A DNA stretch of 58,809 nucleotides, filler included, from Basidiobolus ranarum (GCA_040143965.1; 5 parts of 5 records of this genome joined end to end with filler, not necessarily neighbours in it); one strand, 5' to 3'. Numbered from the whole stretch's first letter, positions 13,972-24,644 are shown. Notes: generated by a model from the letters alone, not told the origin. Made by a program: numbers and translations.

Positions 13972-14904
13972 AAGGGCACCATGATGGTGAAGATGGCATA
14001 TTTAGCTGTGCACATGGACTATCATGAGAGCTAGGTTATGTAAAGAAAGCACTTATATATGTTTTATTGTGTAGGTAGCAACTAAAACTGTAATATCTTA
14101 AGGGTCTTGTCAGGTGTCTCAAGGATGCAATAATCGTAGTTGAATAGCTCTGGAATGAACTGTTTTACAGGTCTATCTCTTGCCTCTTGGGTCTGTATGA
14201 GAAAGAAATTGTGGGAGGATCATGACATAATGGGATAGACTTTATATGTTGGAGGCAACTTATGAGAATGTTTTTTGGTAACTTTATTCTTAAGAGAATA
14301 TGGTGACTAAGATAGTAGAGAAGTATATCAAATGTTTGAGATATTTGGGAGTCTTTGTGACAGGATGTAATAGATAAGTGGGTGTAATAAGACATAGTTG
14401 TTATATAGATATAGAGATATTTGTATTTAGAATATAGGAGCTATTGATACATTGCTTTCTATTTCAGATATATGTATTATAACTCAAGTTAACTATGATG
14501 TTGAATAAAGATTAATTAAGCCTCTTGAAAAATCTAAGGACTGGTGAAGCATGAGGCAATGTCCAGCTTTCTGTTGAATAATATAGTGGACCATGGCAAA
14601 ATAATATTTTGACTTTGGTGTCCATTGAGAATGATAAGATAAAATGAGTGGACTTGTTCCATTGTGCCAGGATTTATTGGACCTTGGCTCAATATATTAG
14701 AGAAATTGTGATTGAAATTGATCATGCCGGAGGGTGCTGGATAGTGCCTAACTATGCTGCATATATTTTAGAATACTTTATCCAATACAATATTTACAGC
14801 ACAATCTGGCACTATCACAGGGAACAAGTCCAGTATATCCAATCAAAAATAACTGAAAACTTGGCCAGCAGGTTCTTGAACAAGGATGTACTAGTAATGA
14901 GCCG

Positions 14905-15063
14905 GTGAAACCAATAGGTGAGTGGGTATTAGCAAAAGGTTACCCGTTCAACTTGAACTCTACCGTAACAGCAGGTATTGTCAGTACAAAGGTATCAAAC
15001 GGTCAAGATGGAAGTATGCAATTTTTCATCCTGATATATGCTGCTTTCAACCAGGATAACGGC
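14905..15063 (+). pseudogene. degP: Relic of bacterial DegP/HtrA serine protease (Bacteroidetes-like)
   Basis: [26 protein letters not shown]...FILIYAAFNQDNG matches the HtrA consensus [26 protein letters not shown]...FIQTDAAINxGNSGG. The catalytic Ser motif is destroyed and both ends of the gene are missing. Confidence 0.88.
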
Positions 15064-15098
15064 AAAAGTAAGATTATTCATAGCAAAATAATTTGTTA

Positions 15099-15106
15099 TA
15101 ACTTTG
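15099..15106 (+). promoter_or_regulatory. Bacteroidetes -7 promoter element (TAnnTTTG) upstream of the sigma pseudogene
   Basis: TAACTTTG(CC) about 24 bp before the sigma ATG. No clean -33 TTTG is present. Confidence 0.55.
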
Positions 15107-15129
15107 CCGCCCAAGTCTGTTTTAGAAGA

Positions 15130-15766
15130 ATGAGACAACTAAAAATTACCAAAAGCAGCACTAGCAGAGTGAGCGCTTCTCATGACAAGTATTGCAGGAA
15201 ATCTAGGGTTAGCGCATGCGCGAGGGTGACCGTATTGTGCTTGAAAAGCTAAAGTATGCCAAGTCACGTTTCGTTGTATACCTAGTCAAACAGTATCAAA
15301 ACAAAGGTTTGATTTTGCCCGACTTGATTAGGGCTCTCGAAAAGTTCGCTGAAACATGTAATTCTAAGTTTGTCAGTTACGCGGTATGGGGGATACGTTA
15401 ATTCATTCTGTAAGCTTTGACAGAGCAGTCGCATAACGTGTGACTTCCATTGAGCCAGGAAGAACTTGCCGATGAACTGAAAATCCCTGATATGCTTAAG
15501 GTATCCAAGCGCCATATTTCGGTGGCACATCTTTCGTAGAAAGAGAAGACAACAACTTGCTCGCATCGCTGGTCGATGTCGATTCTCCGACAGACTACTC
15601 TTTAGCGAACGAGAGAAATTGAAAGAGCTCTTGCTACATTACCCGATAGGGAAAAAGTGAGTATACTGATTTTTTTCAATATCAGACAACAAGAAATGAC
15701 ATTAGAAGAAATCAGAGATAAATTCGGTTTAAACAAAGTAAATTACGCAAATCTTATTTGGGATAA
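15130..15766 (+). pseudogene. rpoD: Bacteroidetes-type primary sigma-70 factor (short RpoD/SigA) pseudogene
   Basis: Collinear pieces MRQLKITKS..SASHDKY, EGDRIVLEKL, RFVVYLVKQYQNKGLILPDLI, KFVSYAVWGIR*, EELADELKIP, RHISV, FVEREDNNLL, REIERALATLPDREK, QEMTLEEIRDKFGL, KSYLG*. It carries several stops, frameshifts and deletions. Confidence 0.95.
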
Positions 15767-16222
15767 AAGAAAAATCGGTTTCTGATAAATGGAAGGAATT
15801 AAAAATCGGGGGGGGGGTTGTTATGGATATTTTTTGGCACTTGCTTTCATGATTTGTCTGGAACTTACCCTCCAAGACTATGAAAAAGCAATTTTGGTGT
15901 GGCTGGTTCCTGTAATGATTATTTGATTCGGCTATATGGTATTAGAGAACTCCTCCTAAAACTTGTTCCTCGCTTTCCTTTTATAGTTGTTTCCATTGGT
16001 ACTTATTTCCATTTATATTTTACTAATAAGGTAATTCCCTACAAATATGCCAGTCTTTCCAAACTTTGCTCGTAAATCCTATTTTTAACCTTTATACGGA
16101 TTTTCGCAGCTATAAAAAAGGGAATGTGCTTCACTTTCTATTAAAATAAACCCCTTAACATTAATTTCTACTAGAAACCATCAGAAACTATTGGTTTCTT
16201 TGCTTCGTAAAACCCAAGAAAT

Positions 16223-17881
16223 ATGAGATATGTAATTGTTGGTGGTGTGGCCGGTGGAGCCACAGCAGCCGCTCGATTGAGAAGAGCTTATGAGATGGCT
16301 GAGATCATTTTATTGGAGAAGGGTCCCCATATCTCCTATGCCAACTGTGGTTTACCTTATTATATAGGCGGTGCCATTGCCGAACGTAAAAAGCTGTTAG
16401 TGCAGACACCGGAAACATTCGGTAAGCGTTTCCGTATTGACGTACGGATAAAGAATGAAGTAATCGCCATTTATCCGGAGAATAAATACCTGACCATCCG
16501 TAAGGCAAGTGGAGAAGAATATAAAGAAAGCTATGACAAGCTTCTGTTGTCCCCAGGAGCCAATCCCGTGAAACCACCATTGGAGGGTATTAATTCCGAA
16601 GGCATCTTTACGCTGCGCAATGTGGAAGATACCGACCATATCAAAGATTATATCACTGAGAAGAAAGTGAAGCGTGTCGTCGTCGTAGGTGCCGGTTTTA
16701 TCGGACTGGAAATGGCGGAGAACCTGCATCAGGCCGGTGTAGCTGTTTCCATAGTCGAGATGGGCAACCAAGTTATGGCTCCTATCGACTTCTCTATGGC
16801 TGCATACCTTCATCAACACTTAACGCAAAAAGGCGTATCTCTTAATCTCGAAGAAGGCGTTACCCACTTTCGGCGCACAGACAGCGGTATCACTGTTTTC
16901 CTAAAAAGTGGCAAGACTATTCCTACCGATATGGTCTTACTCTCTATCGGTGTGCGTCCAGCCACGGCATTGGCGCAACAAGCAGGCTTGAGGTTGGGAG
17001 AGATGGGTGGCATCTGGGTGGATAAACACTTGGAAACCTCCAAAAAGGATATCTATGCAGTAGGTGATGCCATTGAATATCCTCATCCGTTGACTGGGAA
17101 ACCGTGGCTAAACTATCTTGCCAATCCGGCTAATCGCCAAGGTCGTATCGTAGCCGATAACATGGTGTTTGGCAATACCGTATCTTATGAAGGAGCTATC
17201 GGTACTTCTATTGCTAAAGTATTCGACATGACTGTAGCCTCTACGGGACTTGCAGCCAAGCACTTAAAGCAATGGGGCATAAAATATCAGAGTTCGGTAA
17301 CTCACTCCTCTTCCCATGCCGGGTATTATCCGGATGCTTTGCCTTTGACGCTGAAACTGACTTTTCACCCGGAGAACGGTAAGCTTTATGGCGCGCAATG
17401 TGTGGGTTACAAAGGTGTGGACAAACGTATTGACCAGATAGCCGGACTCATTAAACGTGGTGGGACCGTACATGACCTGATGGAAACAGAGCACGCCTAT
17501 GCACCTCCTTTCTCATCTGCCAAAGATCCTATAGCCATTGGCGGATATGTGGCTTCAAATATTATCAGCGGCGCCATGCCAGCGATTTCTTGGCGCGAAC
17601 TCGTTAAAGAGAAGGAACAGGTGATGATGATCGATACCCGTACTGCCGAGGAATATTCGATCGGTTCCATTCCGGGTGCCATTAATATTCCCTTGAATGA
17701 AATGCGCGAACATCTTACTGAAATCCCAACGGATAAGCCGGTTATCCTATTCTGTGCCATAGGACTACGCGGCTATCTGGCTCAGCGCATCCTGATGGGA
17801 CGTGGTTATCGTAATGTACGTAATCTGATAGGCGGTTACAAGACCTATTCTATCAGTAATGCTCCAGTTCTCAAGACCTAA
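16223..17881 (+). CDS. cdr: CoA-disulfide reductase-rhodanese fusion (CoADR-RHD / Npsr-like persulfide reductase), bacterial origin, intronless
   Basis: 552 aa; FAD motif GGVAGG; redox Cys in SYANCGLPY; NADH motif GAGFIG..VE; IYAVGD; HAGYYP; YAPPFSSAKDP; C-terminal rhodanese with active-site FCAIGLRG. Visibly higher GC than the flanks. Confidence 0.96.
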   Translation: MRYVIVGGVAGGATAAARLRRAYEMAEIILLEKGPHISYANCGLPYYIGGAIAERKKLLVQTPETFGKRFRIDVRIKNEVIAIYPENKYLTIRKASGEEYKESYDKLLLSPGANPVKPPLEGINSEGIFTLRNVEDTDHIKDYITEKKVKRVVVVGAGFIGLEMAENLHQAGVAVSIVEMGNQVMAPIDFSMAAYLHQHLTQKGVSLNLEEGVTHFRRTDSGITVFLKSGKTIPTDMVLLSIGVRPATALAQQAGLRLGEMGGIWVDKHLETSKKDIYAVGDAIEYPHPLTGKPWLNYLANPANRQGRIVADNMVFGNTVSYEGAIGTSIAKVFDMTVASTGLAAKHLKQWGIKYQSSVTHSSSHAGYYPDALPLTLKLTFHPENGKLYGAQCVGYKGVDKRIDQIAGLIKRGGTVHDLMETEHAYAPPFSSAKDPIAIGGYVASNIISGAMPAISWRELVKEKEQVMMIDTRTAEEYSIGSIPGAINIPLNEMREHLTEIPTDKPVILFCAIGLRGYLAQRILMGRGYRNVRNLIGGYKTYSISNAPVLKT

Positions 17882-18319
17882 ACTGAGATTGTTTCACCAG
17901 CATCCGCGCCTTGAAATTCTCCTGTAAAACAGCTAGTAGACACGAAGTTCTCCTGTATTCAAAACATTCAATCATCCTGCAATACAAATTACGAAACATG
18001 TAATTGTTGTTTAACACTGACAAAAAACATGAGGTTTCTATTAGATATATCACCATAGTAAATAAATTTTATTGGTAGTAATATGCTCACATGGATTGTG
18101 CTAACCACAAGTCGGTATTACTACCATAAACGTAATTCACCCAGCATAAGCATCTAATTTCCCAATTTTTCCAATCCGGGACAATAGCTGAAGATGTCCC
18201 TACCTGATGTAATCATCATTGTAAATTTCCATGGACATGCAATTCATTCCACCAACCTCAGCTACCAGTGATGAACTTAGTTAGAAGTATGATATTTGCT
18301 TCAATTACAATAAGAACAG

Positions 18320-18494
18320 AAACATGTGCTAGAAGCCCCAAACTTTGAACACATATTTCTAGGACCTTGCTTAACACATTCTACATATTATTTTTTTTGC
18401 ATCTTGACAAAATTATAAATGTCTACTTTCTACTCAATAAACCACTAAGGGAAAACCACCATTTTCTCTGGTTCCCCAAACCACTTCCAACAGG
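18320..18494 (+). repeat. Partial LTR of the copia family
   Basis: GTGCTAGAAGCCCCAAACTTTG...CCAAACCACTTCCAACAGG aligns to the LTR 3' half. Confidence 0.85.
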
Positions 18495-19995
18495 AGATCC
18501 TTTCAATTATCCAACATGGTATCAGCCATGATTGCCACTGAAGAAGACGCCCAATTTCTGGACTGAAAATATCTGGACAATTTAACAAGTGTTACTGCTG
18601 CGTTAATTACTACAAATAGTTGGACTATGTCTTACCAGTTAAACTATCTCAAGTTGAATCAATGCTACAATATGTCGCTTGTGCCAAATAATGAGCATGG
18701 AATGTTCTTTTTCAACAAGATTGGTGTTAATAACTATAGGCACTGTTTTTACAGTGTGTTCAATTATCTTGAAGACCGTGTATGCGTGGCCCAGCATCAG
18801 GGATGGAGTAATAGTGTGAACACTCTACTCCCAGCCACGAACAACATGATAAACAGCGGTATTTTCAGTACTGTAGGCTTTGAAGCCAGCGGGAGGATAT
18901 GCTACACCATACTGCAATATGATTAACCCTCCAAACTCGGAAATCAAAAGACATCAGTGTTCTCGATAAATATTGTTAACAGCAATTTCGATAAAGCTCT
19001 ATATAGATCTCTTTATCTATATTCAACAGTTCAAAATAGGTTTGTTCTAGAGATTGTCTACTGTTAGTATGGTATACAGCTCTGTACAGATGGTAAACAT
19101 TGAAATTCCACAAAGCAAATTCACTATCTCTGGACCCTTACCTAGGACTTGGGTTGATCCAAAGCTCCGGTGAAATAGTAATATTGACTACATAACAAGG
19201 TATGTAAAGCTAACGTATTACTTTCAAAATGATAAACCATAGACATCGTACTTTGTGCATGTATCTTAGGCTTAGGGTTAGCTAAAGAAATAAAATAGCT
19301 CTTATCAGTTGATTAATTGAATTGATTGTAAGTGTGATCATTTTTAATCAGATTAATTGAATGCAAATCTCAAGATCAGCCATGAACCGTACTACTTAAT
19401 CTATCTCCATCAACCAACACATCTCCTTAACCAACCACCTTAAAGATCGTTTAAATGGTATTCAGATTGATTGCATGAGAATCAAAGACAAGCCACTAAA
19501 CAAATCCTTTTCCATTAACCAAATCTATCTATATTAACCAACCAATTTAACGATCAGAGTGTCCATAAAAGGGATATTTAGTAGTGTATTTATATTTACT
19601 GGTGATATGCTGAAATAGGTAAGTATATCAATTCCGTATATTAACTCCTTCACCAACATAAGGGCAAGTGCTTAGTAATTGAAAAAGTAACGATGCTTAC
19701 TGAGAAAGAGAATGTTTATTTTAGAAATGTGGCAGCCAAATCAGTTGAACTGGATATTGCCAAATAAATTGAATTGATTAGTGAATTGACTTACTAAGCT
19801 GTGGCATTACTAATATTGTTGTAATGGCGTTATAGTTGAAATATAAATGATACTGTATTCACCATGACTATTCAAGAAGGTGACCAGATTCGAAAACTGA
19901 AGTATCTTGATGAATTGGGTACTTAGATAAATTTACCCACTAATCCATTAATAACCATACTCGAAATCAACCTGTTTAGAAAATCTGTGAATGAA

Positions 19996-20081
19996 GCCCG
20001 AACTCACCTGGGGAGTGTAAACCATATGGAAGAGCTTGGGCCCGAACTCACCTGGGGAGTGTTAACCATGTAGATGAGTTT
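19996..20081. repeat. Two-copy tandem repeat, 44-bp period
   Basis: GCCCGAACTCACCTGGGGAGTGT at 19996 and 20040. Confidence 0.9.
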
Positions 20082-20345
20082 AACACATAAAGTTGCTATC
20101 TATTTCCCTTTTTGCTTGTTTCTGAATAAAATGGTGAAAGTATATTTCATGGTAAAATCGAAGTGCTGTCTGGCTCTGATAGTAATCGTTGCAATTCCAT
20201 TTTTACAATCACGTGACAATTTTACGAATGGCTGACAGAACTAGTTATTATTAAATAGAAGTAATGCAAGTTATGTAATAGAAGAGATAAAAGAGGTAGT
20301 GGTAGTGGTTTAATAAAGAGTTTATTGACTTTAAATATTTCACTT

Positions 20346-21815
20346 TTAGGCTAAATTTAAACCCTTGGCAACTCGTGCACCAAGGTCAGCATCAGCCTTA
20401 CGGAAAATCTCTAGCTGGCGTTTTTGAAGGACTACATTGGCACCGCTCAAATGGTCAACAAGATTGTCCACCATGCGGGTCTTGGCATCCTCTGATTGAA
20501 TTTGATACAAGTTACCTGCTTGGACGTAGTCATCATCTTCTACGGGTACTACATATCTATCTACAGCGCCGTGAACCTGTTCCATACTCTTGGTTTGAGG
20601 GTAGGATTGACCATGGATGTGAAGTTGCTTGAAAGTTCCCTCAAACATGCTATTAGGCTCATAGTTTGGTGCTCCAGCAAAGTTGCCATTGACAGTCATG
20701 AATCCATCACGTTGATGATGGAAAACTGGGCACTGTGGTCGATTGATGGGAATTTGACTGAAATTGGGACCTAAACGGTAGCGATGGGCGTCAGGATAGG
20801 CGAAAATTCTTCCTTGCAACATCTTGTCAACAGAAGGTTCAATACCGGGAACCATACTGGAGGGTGAGAACGCTACTTGCTCAGTCTCGGCAAAGTAATC
20901 TTCGGGATTTCTATTCAATACCATCTTACCAACCTCTTGAAGGGGGAAGTCCTTATGAGACCACACCTTGGTAATATCGAAAGGATCGAAGCGATAGCTA
21001 GCAGCTTGCTCAGGCTCCATAACTTGAATATGTACTGTCCATGATGGATAATCACCCTTCTCAATGGCATTATACAAATCTTCGGTACCATAGTCTGGGT
21101 TCTCACCAGCCATCTTGGTAGCCTCTTCACGTGTGAAGTTCTGGATACCTTGATCTGTCTTAAAGTGCCATTTGACAAATTTGAAGTTGCCATCTTTATC
21201 AACCAACTTCAGAGTATGGCCGTAGTAACCATTCATGTGGCGGAAGCCTTTAGGAGTGCCACGGTCGGAAAATAAGACTAGCACTTGGTGAATTGTTTCA
21301 GGTGACAGACTCAAGAAATCCCAGAAAGCATCAGGATCTTTGAGATGGGTTTTGGGATTACGCTTCTGAGTATGAATGAAATCAGGAAATTTGATGGGAT
21401 CACGAATGAAAAAGATTGGTGTGTTGTTGCCAACCATATCCCAATTTCCTTCTTCGGTATAGAACTTAACTGCGAAACCGCGAGGATCACGAGCCAAATC
21501 AGCTGATCCACTCTCTCCTCCAACAGTGGAGAAGCGGGTAAAAATTGGTGTACGCTTACCTACTTCAGAGAGAAATTTGGCCTTGGTGAGATGAGAGATA
21601 TCCTTAGTTACTTCAAAGTAACCATGGGCTCCAGCTCCTTTGGCATGAACAACACGTTCTGGGATACGCTCGCGATTGAAGTGAGCAAGCTTCTCAACAT
21701 AATGGAAATCTTGAAGTACGATCGGTCCCTTGCGGCCTGCAGTCATACTGTTCTGGTTGTCTTCAACGGGATCACCGTTAGTAGTGGTCATCGTTGGTGG
21801 TGGGTTGAAGGTCAT
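20346..21815 (-). CDS. Monofunctional small-subunit heme catalase, intronless, ~489 aa
   Basis: [51 protein letters not shown], heme ligand [12 protein letters not shown]. Start placed at ATG 21815 (MTFNPPP). No obvious PTS1. Confidence 0.97.
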   Translation of the reverse strand: MTFNPPPTMTTTNGDPVEDNQNSMTAGRKGPIVLQDFHYVEKLAHFNRERIPERVVHAKGAGAHGYFEVTKDISHLTKAKFLSEVGKRTPIFTRFSTVGGESGSADLARDPRGFAVKFYTEEGNWDMVGNNTPIFFIRDPIKFPDFIHTQKRNPKTHLKDPDAFWDFLSLSPETIHQVLVLFSDRGTPKGFRHMNGYYGHTLKLVDKDGNFKFVKWHFKTDQGIQNFTREEATKMAGENPDYGTEDLYNAIEKGDYPSWTVHIQVMEPEQAASYRFDPFDITKVWSHKDFPLQEVGKMVLNRNPEDYFAETEQVAFSPSSMVPGIEPSVDKMLQGRIFAYPDAHRYRLGPNFSQIPINRPQCPVFHHQRDGFMTVNGNFAGAPNYEPNSMFEGTFKQLHIHGQSYPQTKSMEQVHGAVDRYVVPVEDDDYVQAGNLYQIQSEDAKTRMVDNLVDHLSGANVVLQKRQLEIFRKADADLGARVAKGLNLA

Positions 21816-23117
21816 GTTGATAGTGAGAACAGGAAGTGATATGTAACACAGTCGTGTAATTATCTGGGGTTTAGCTTTATAGGAATTGGAAGCAGGAAGT
21901 ATATATATTAAGATACAATGACAATAATACAATCGATTATTTTTCGGATTGCTGCTTAATCCGATGATTCTATTGAAATCCCTAATTCAATATAAAAACC
22001 TTGTTTAACCAGTAAATCGCAGTTGTTATCAGTGGCTCTTCTAGACACACTTGTCTATGACGCTGTTCCTGGTATCCGTTATTCAAGAATTGTAATGGAA
22101 CTGACTGATTGGTTACTAAGACTACTTGACCCATGACATGATCTAGTTGAGTCGAAATGGAATGTCCTTTTGGGTAAATACCAGACATTCCCTCTGATTA
22201 GTAGTAGGGATTTGAAGGACCAATTGAAGAACAATCAATAGAGCATTATTGTAGTATACCACCATATTGCGGCTTATATGTTTATTGCTGAATATGCAAA
22301 TCTATCTCTTCTTGGGCTAAAGTCAATTCCAGTCCAGACAAAGTGTTAGGCTCAATAAATAATCCCCAAACAGAAATGATAAAATTTCCATTTTCAGCCC
22401 ATCAATCTGTAATTAATTGGTGTATTCCTTCCATTCGTAACCTTTCATTCACTACCTTCTATTCGCTATCATTCATTCGCTACCTTCCATTCGCTATTGT
22501 GCTTAGAAAGCAAATAGACGAAAAGGGGTTTGTTCTGCTATTCAAATGTCACGCAACCACAAATTCCATCTAGGCATGCCATCGAAATCATCTTTTGACT
22601 ATTTAGGACACTTGATAGAAAATCATATTGCTTTTCTCACTTGCCTTGTCATCGGGATGGTGCAGGAGTGCTTCGCTGGATTTTTAGATGAAAATCCTGC
22701 TTGCATAATAGAAGAGAGCGGCTTCTAACCCTAAGCAGTGCGATATAACCTAGTTCAGTTTGGTGTTAGTGTTTCTATATCATCATTGTTTTGAGTATTT
22801 TCCGCTCTCTTCCAAAATGTCAATTTGTTTGCATTGAAACTTTTGGCGAGGTTTCACTTGCATTCTGATAACTATTTCCAGAAGTGTGCAATTATTTGTA
22901 TTATTGTTGTGTGTTTGTATTATCGGTGTGAATTTCCAGTGACAGTCCGTTTGTAGTGGTAGATTTTACTAAATTAGCTGTACGCTAGTGAGTTTTGGGA
23001 AACTCCCTTTTCATGTTGAATGTTATTTTAATCATTCATACCGCATTTGATCAATGCTTGTCCTGACACCAAACATTTGTCCCGTTTGATTTGCTACCTA
23101 ATCTCCCAGTCTTGTCG

Positions 23118-23262
23118 ACTTAGGGGGATGAAAAGCACCAAGTGGTGTGGACTCTATTTAGCTTATATGTTAATCCAAACAAAGTGACACTTAGGAGGGG
23201 ATGAAAAGCACCATATGGTGTGGACTTTATTTAGCTTAAATCCTAATCTAAACAAAGTGACA
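23118..23262. repeat. Two-copy ~72-bp tandem repeat
   Basis: GGGGATGAAAAGCACCA..TGGTGTGGACT.TATTTAGCTTA...AAACAAAGTGACA occurs twice; a related deleted copy lies at 24240-24299. Confidence 0.88.
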
Positions 23263-23497
23263 ATCAAGACATCAATCTTTTAAGATATTGTGACAATACT
23301 GGATCAAATCCATGCTTTACTTGATGACCAATGTAATCAAGTTCAGAGGATGTAAATATAGTGTTAAGGGGCAGAGGTGGTAAGCAGAAAGGAAGGTACT
23401 CAGTACAAACTAGATGGACAATAGGACAAAAACCTGGAATAATGGGAATCAAGAAAGGTGTCTTAGAGGCAAGGTATTGCTTCCAAAGGTCTAGCTG

Positions 23498-23597
23498 NNN
23501 NNNNNNNNNNNNNNNNNNNNNNNNNNNNNNNNNNNNNNNNNTTAATTAATTAANNNNNNNNNNNNNNNNNNNNNNNNNNNNNNNNNNNNNNNNNNNN
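23498..23597. other. Artificial contig linker
   Basis: N/TTAATTAATTAA spacer. Confidence 0.98.
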
Positions 23598-23738
23598 TTC
23601 CTCTTCACCCCAATCGTACATCTTTCTTAGAAAAAACTGATCCAATTGCCATAGATATATATACATATAAAAATGGGCTGCAAATGAGGTGCTCTTGTGG
23701 TTTGCAAGTCTAGGTCACTCGGCAAAATCTAAATGTGT

Positions 23739-23791
23739 AAGGTGTATGGAAGGTGTATGGTGTATGGTGTATGGAAGGTGTATGGTGTATG
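23739..23791 (+). repeat. GGTGTAT / GGTGTATGGAA microsatellite
   Basis: Six GGTGTATG cores. Confidence 0.85.
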
Positions 23792-24305
23792 ACGACACAT
23801 TCTCACATTTTGTATCAAAAATCACCTCCATATAAGCCTGAGACTGGGTTTATTACGCGGCAATGATACAAGGTAATATCAAAATACTGACCAATTACAA
23901 GTAAAACTCTAGTATTTGTACATTTGGGATAATTATAGTGTTGAATTGGGTTAATGAAGGTTATAGCAAGATGTGTGTCAATTATGGGGGCTTTTAGAAG
24001 ATTTTTTAATGCACTTGAGAAAACACATCATCAAAATATGAATTTGCAATATATCCAACAAAAATAATGGCTTAAAAATCAACCAAGTGGAGAATCAATA
24101 TGCATGAATAACTTGGTACAATATTAAGAGTTAAGATCGCAGTACACGAGCTGATTATATAAAGTAGAGCAAGATAGTGGATAAGTAGACCTGAGCACGC
24201 TATATCACTTGAGCACATTACATCAAATCACTGATTGACGGGGATCAAAAGCACCTTATTTAGCTTAATTACTAATTTAAACAGAGTGACAGTTAGGACA
24301 ACAAC

Positions 24306-24644
24306 TGTTAGAGTATTTGTGGACCCTGTTGGGAGTGGTTTGGAGAAATAGAGAAATGGGTAGTTTTACATACTAATTTATTGAGTAAAAAGTTGACATT
24401 TATAGTTTTATTGAGTTATACAGAAACTAACATGTATAATGTGTTAAGTAAGTTCCCAGGAATATGTGGTTAAACTTTGGGGCTCCTTTGCAATATCTAT
24501 ATATCTGAGAACTTCTAAGTTGTTAAAAGTATCCTATACAAGTTCCAATATTGAATAAAGAGTAATATCTTGGTTCAATAAAGGACAAATGAATACTAAG
24601 CAATATATGACCATATAGATGTTTAGGCAACTCTAATCTCAACA
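24306..24644 (-). repeat. 3' LTR of a second copia remnant
   Basis: TGTTA...CAACA termini on the plus strand; the PPT (AGGGGGAG on the minus strand) is adjacent at 24645-24652. Confidence 0.88.

Noticed and set aside
14165-14395. Possible gypsy integrase zinc-finger remnant
   Set aside because: The resemblance is too weak; the HHCC motif is not recoverable.
14905-15252. 115-aa ORF as a real DegP-sigma fusion protein
   Set aside because: It is a chance in-frame read-through across the degP relic, intergenic DNA and the sigma start; the catalytic motif is lost and it starts at GTG.
14905-17881. Simple bacterial contamination
   Set aside because: The essential sigma gene is heavily pseudogenised and the block is contiguous with host LTRs. 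A read-level check is still advised.
18512-18525. CAACA-TGGTATCAG as LTR end plus tRNA-iMet primer-binding site
   Set aside because: Only a 9-nt match, not at the true end of the local LTR family, and no gag follows.
19996-20081. CRISPR-like repeat (also 23118-23262)
   Set aside because: Only two units, the intervening parts are also similar, there are no cas genes, and the context is eukaryotic.
21816-21932. 39-aa N-terminal extension of catalase in the ORF track
   Set aside because: It starts at a non-ATG codon and spans the TATA-like TATATATA; the ATG at 21815 gives a normal-length enzyme.
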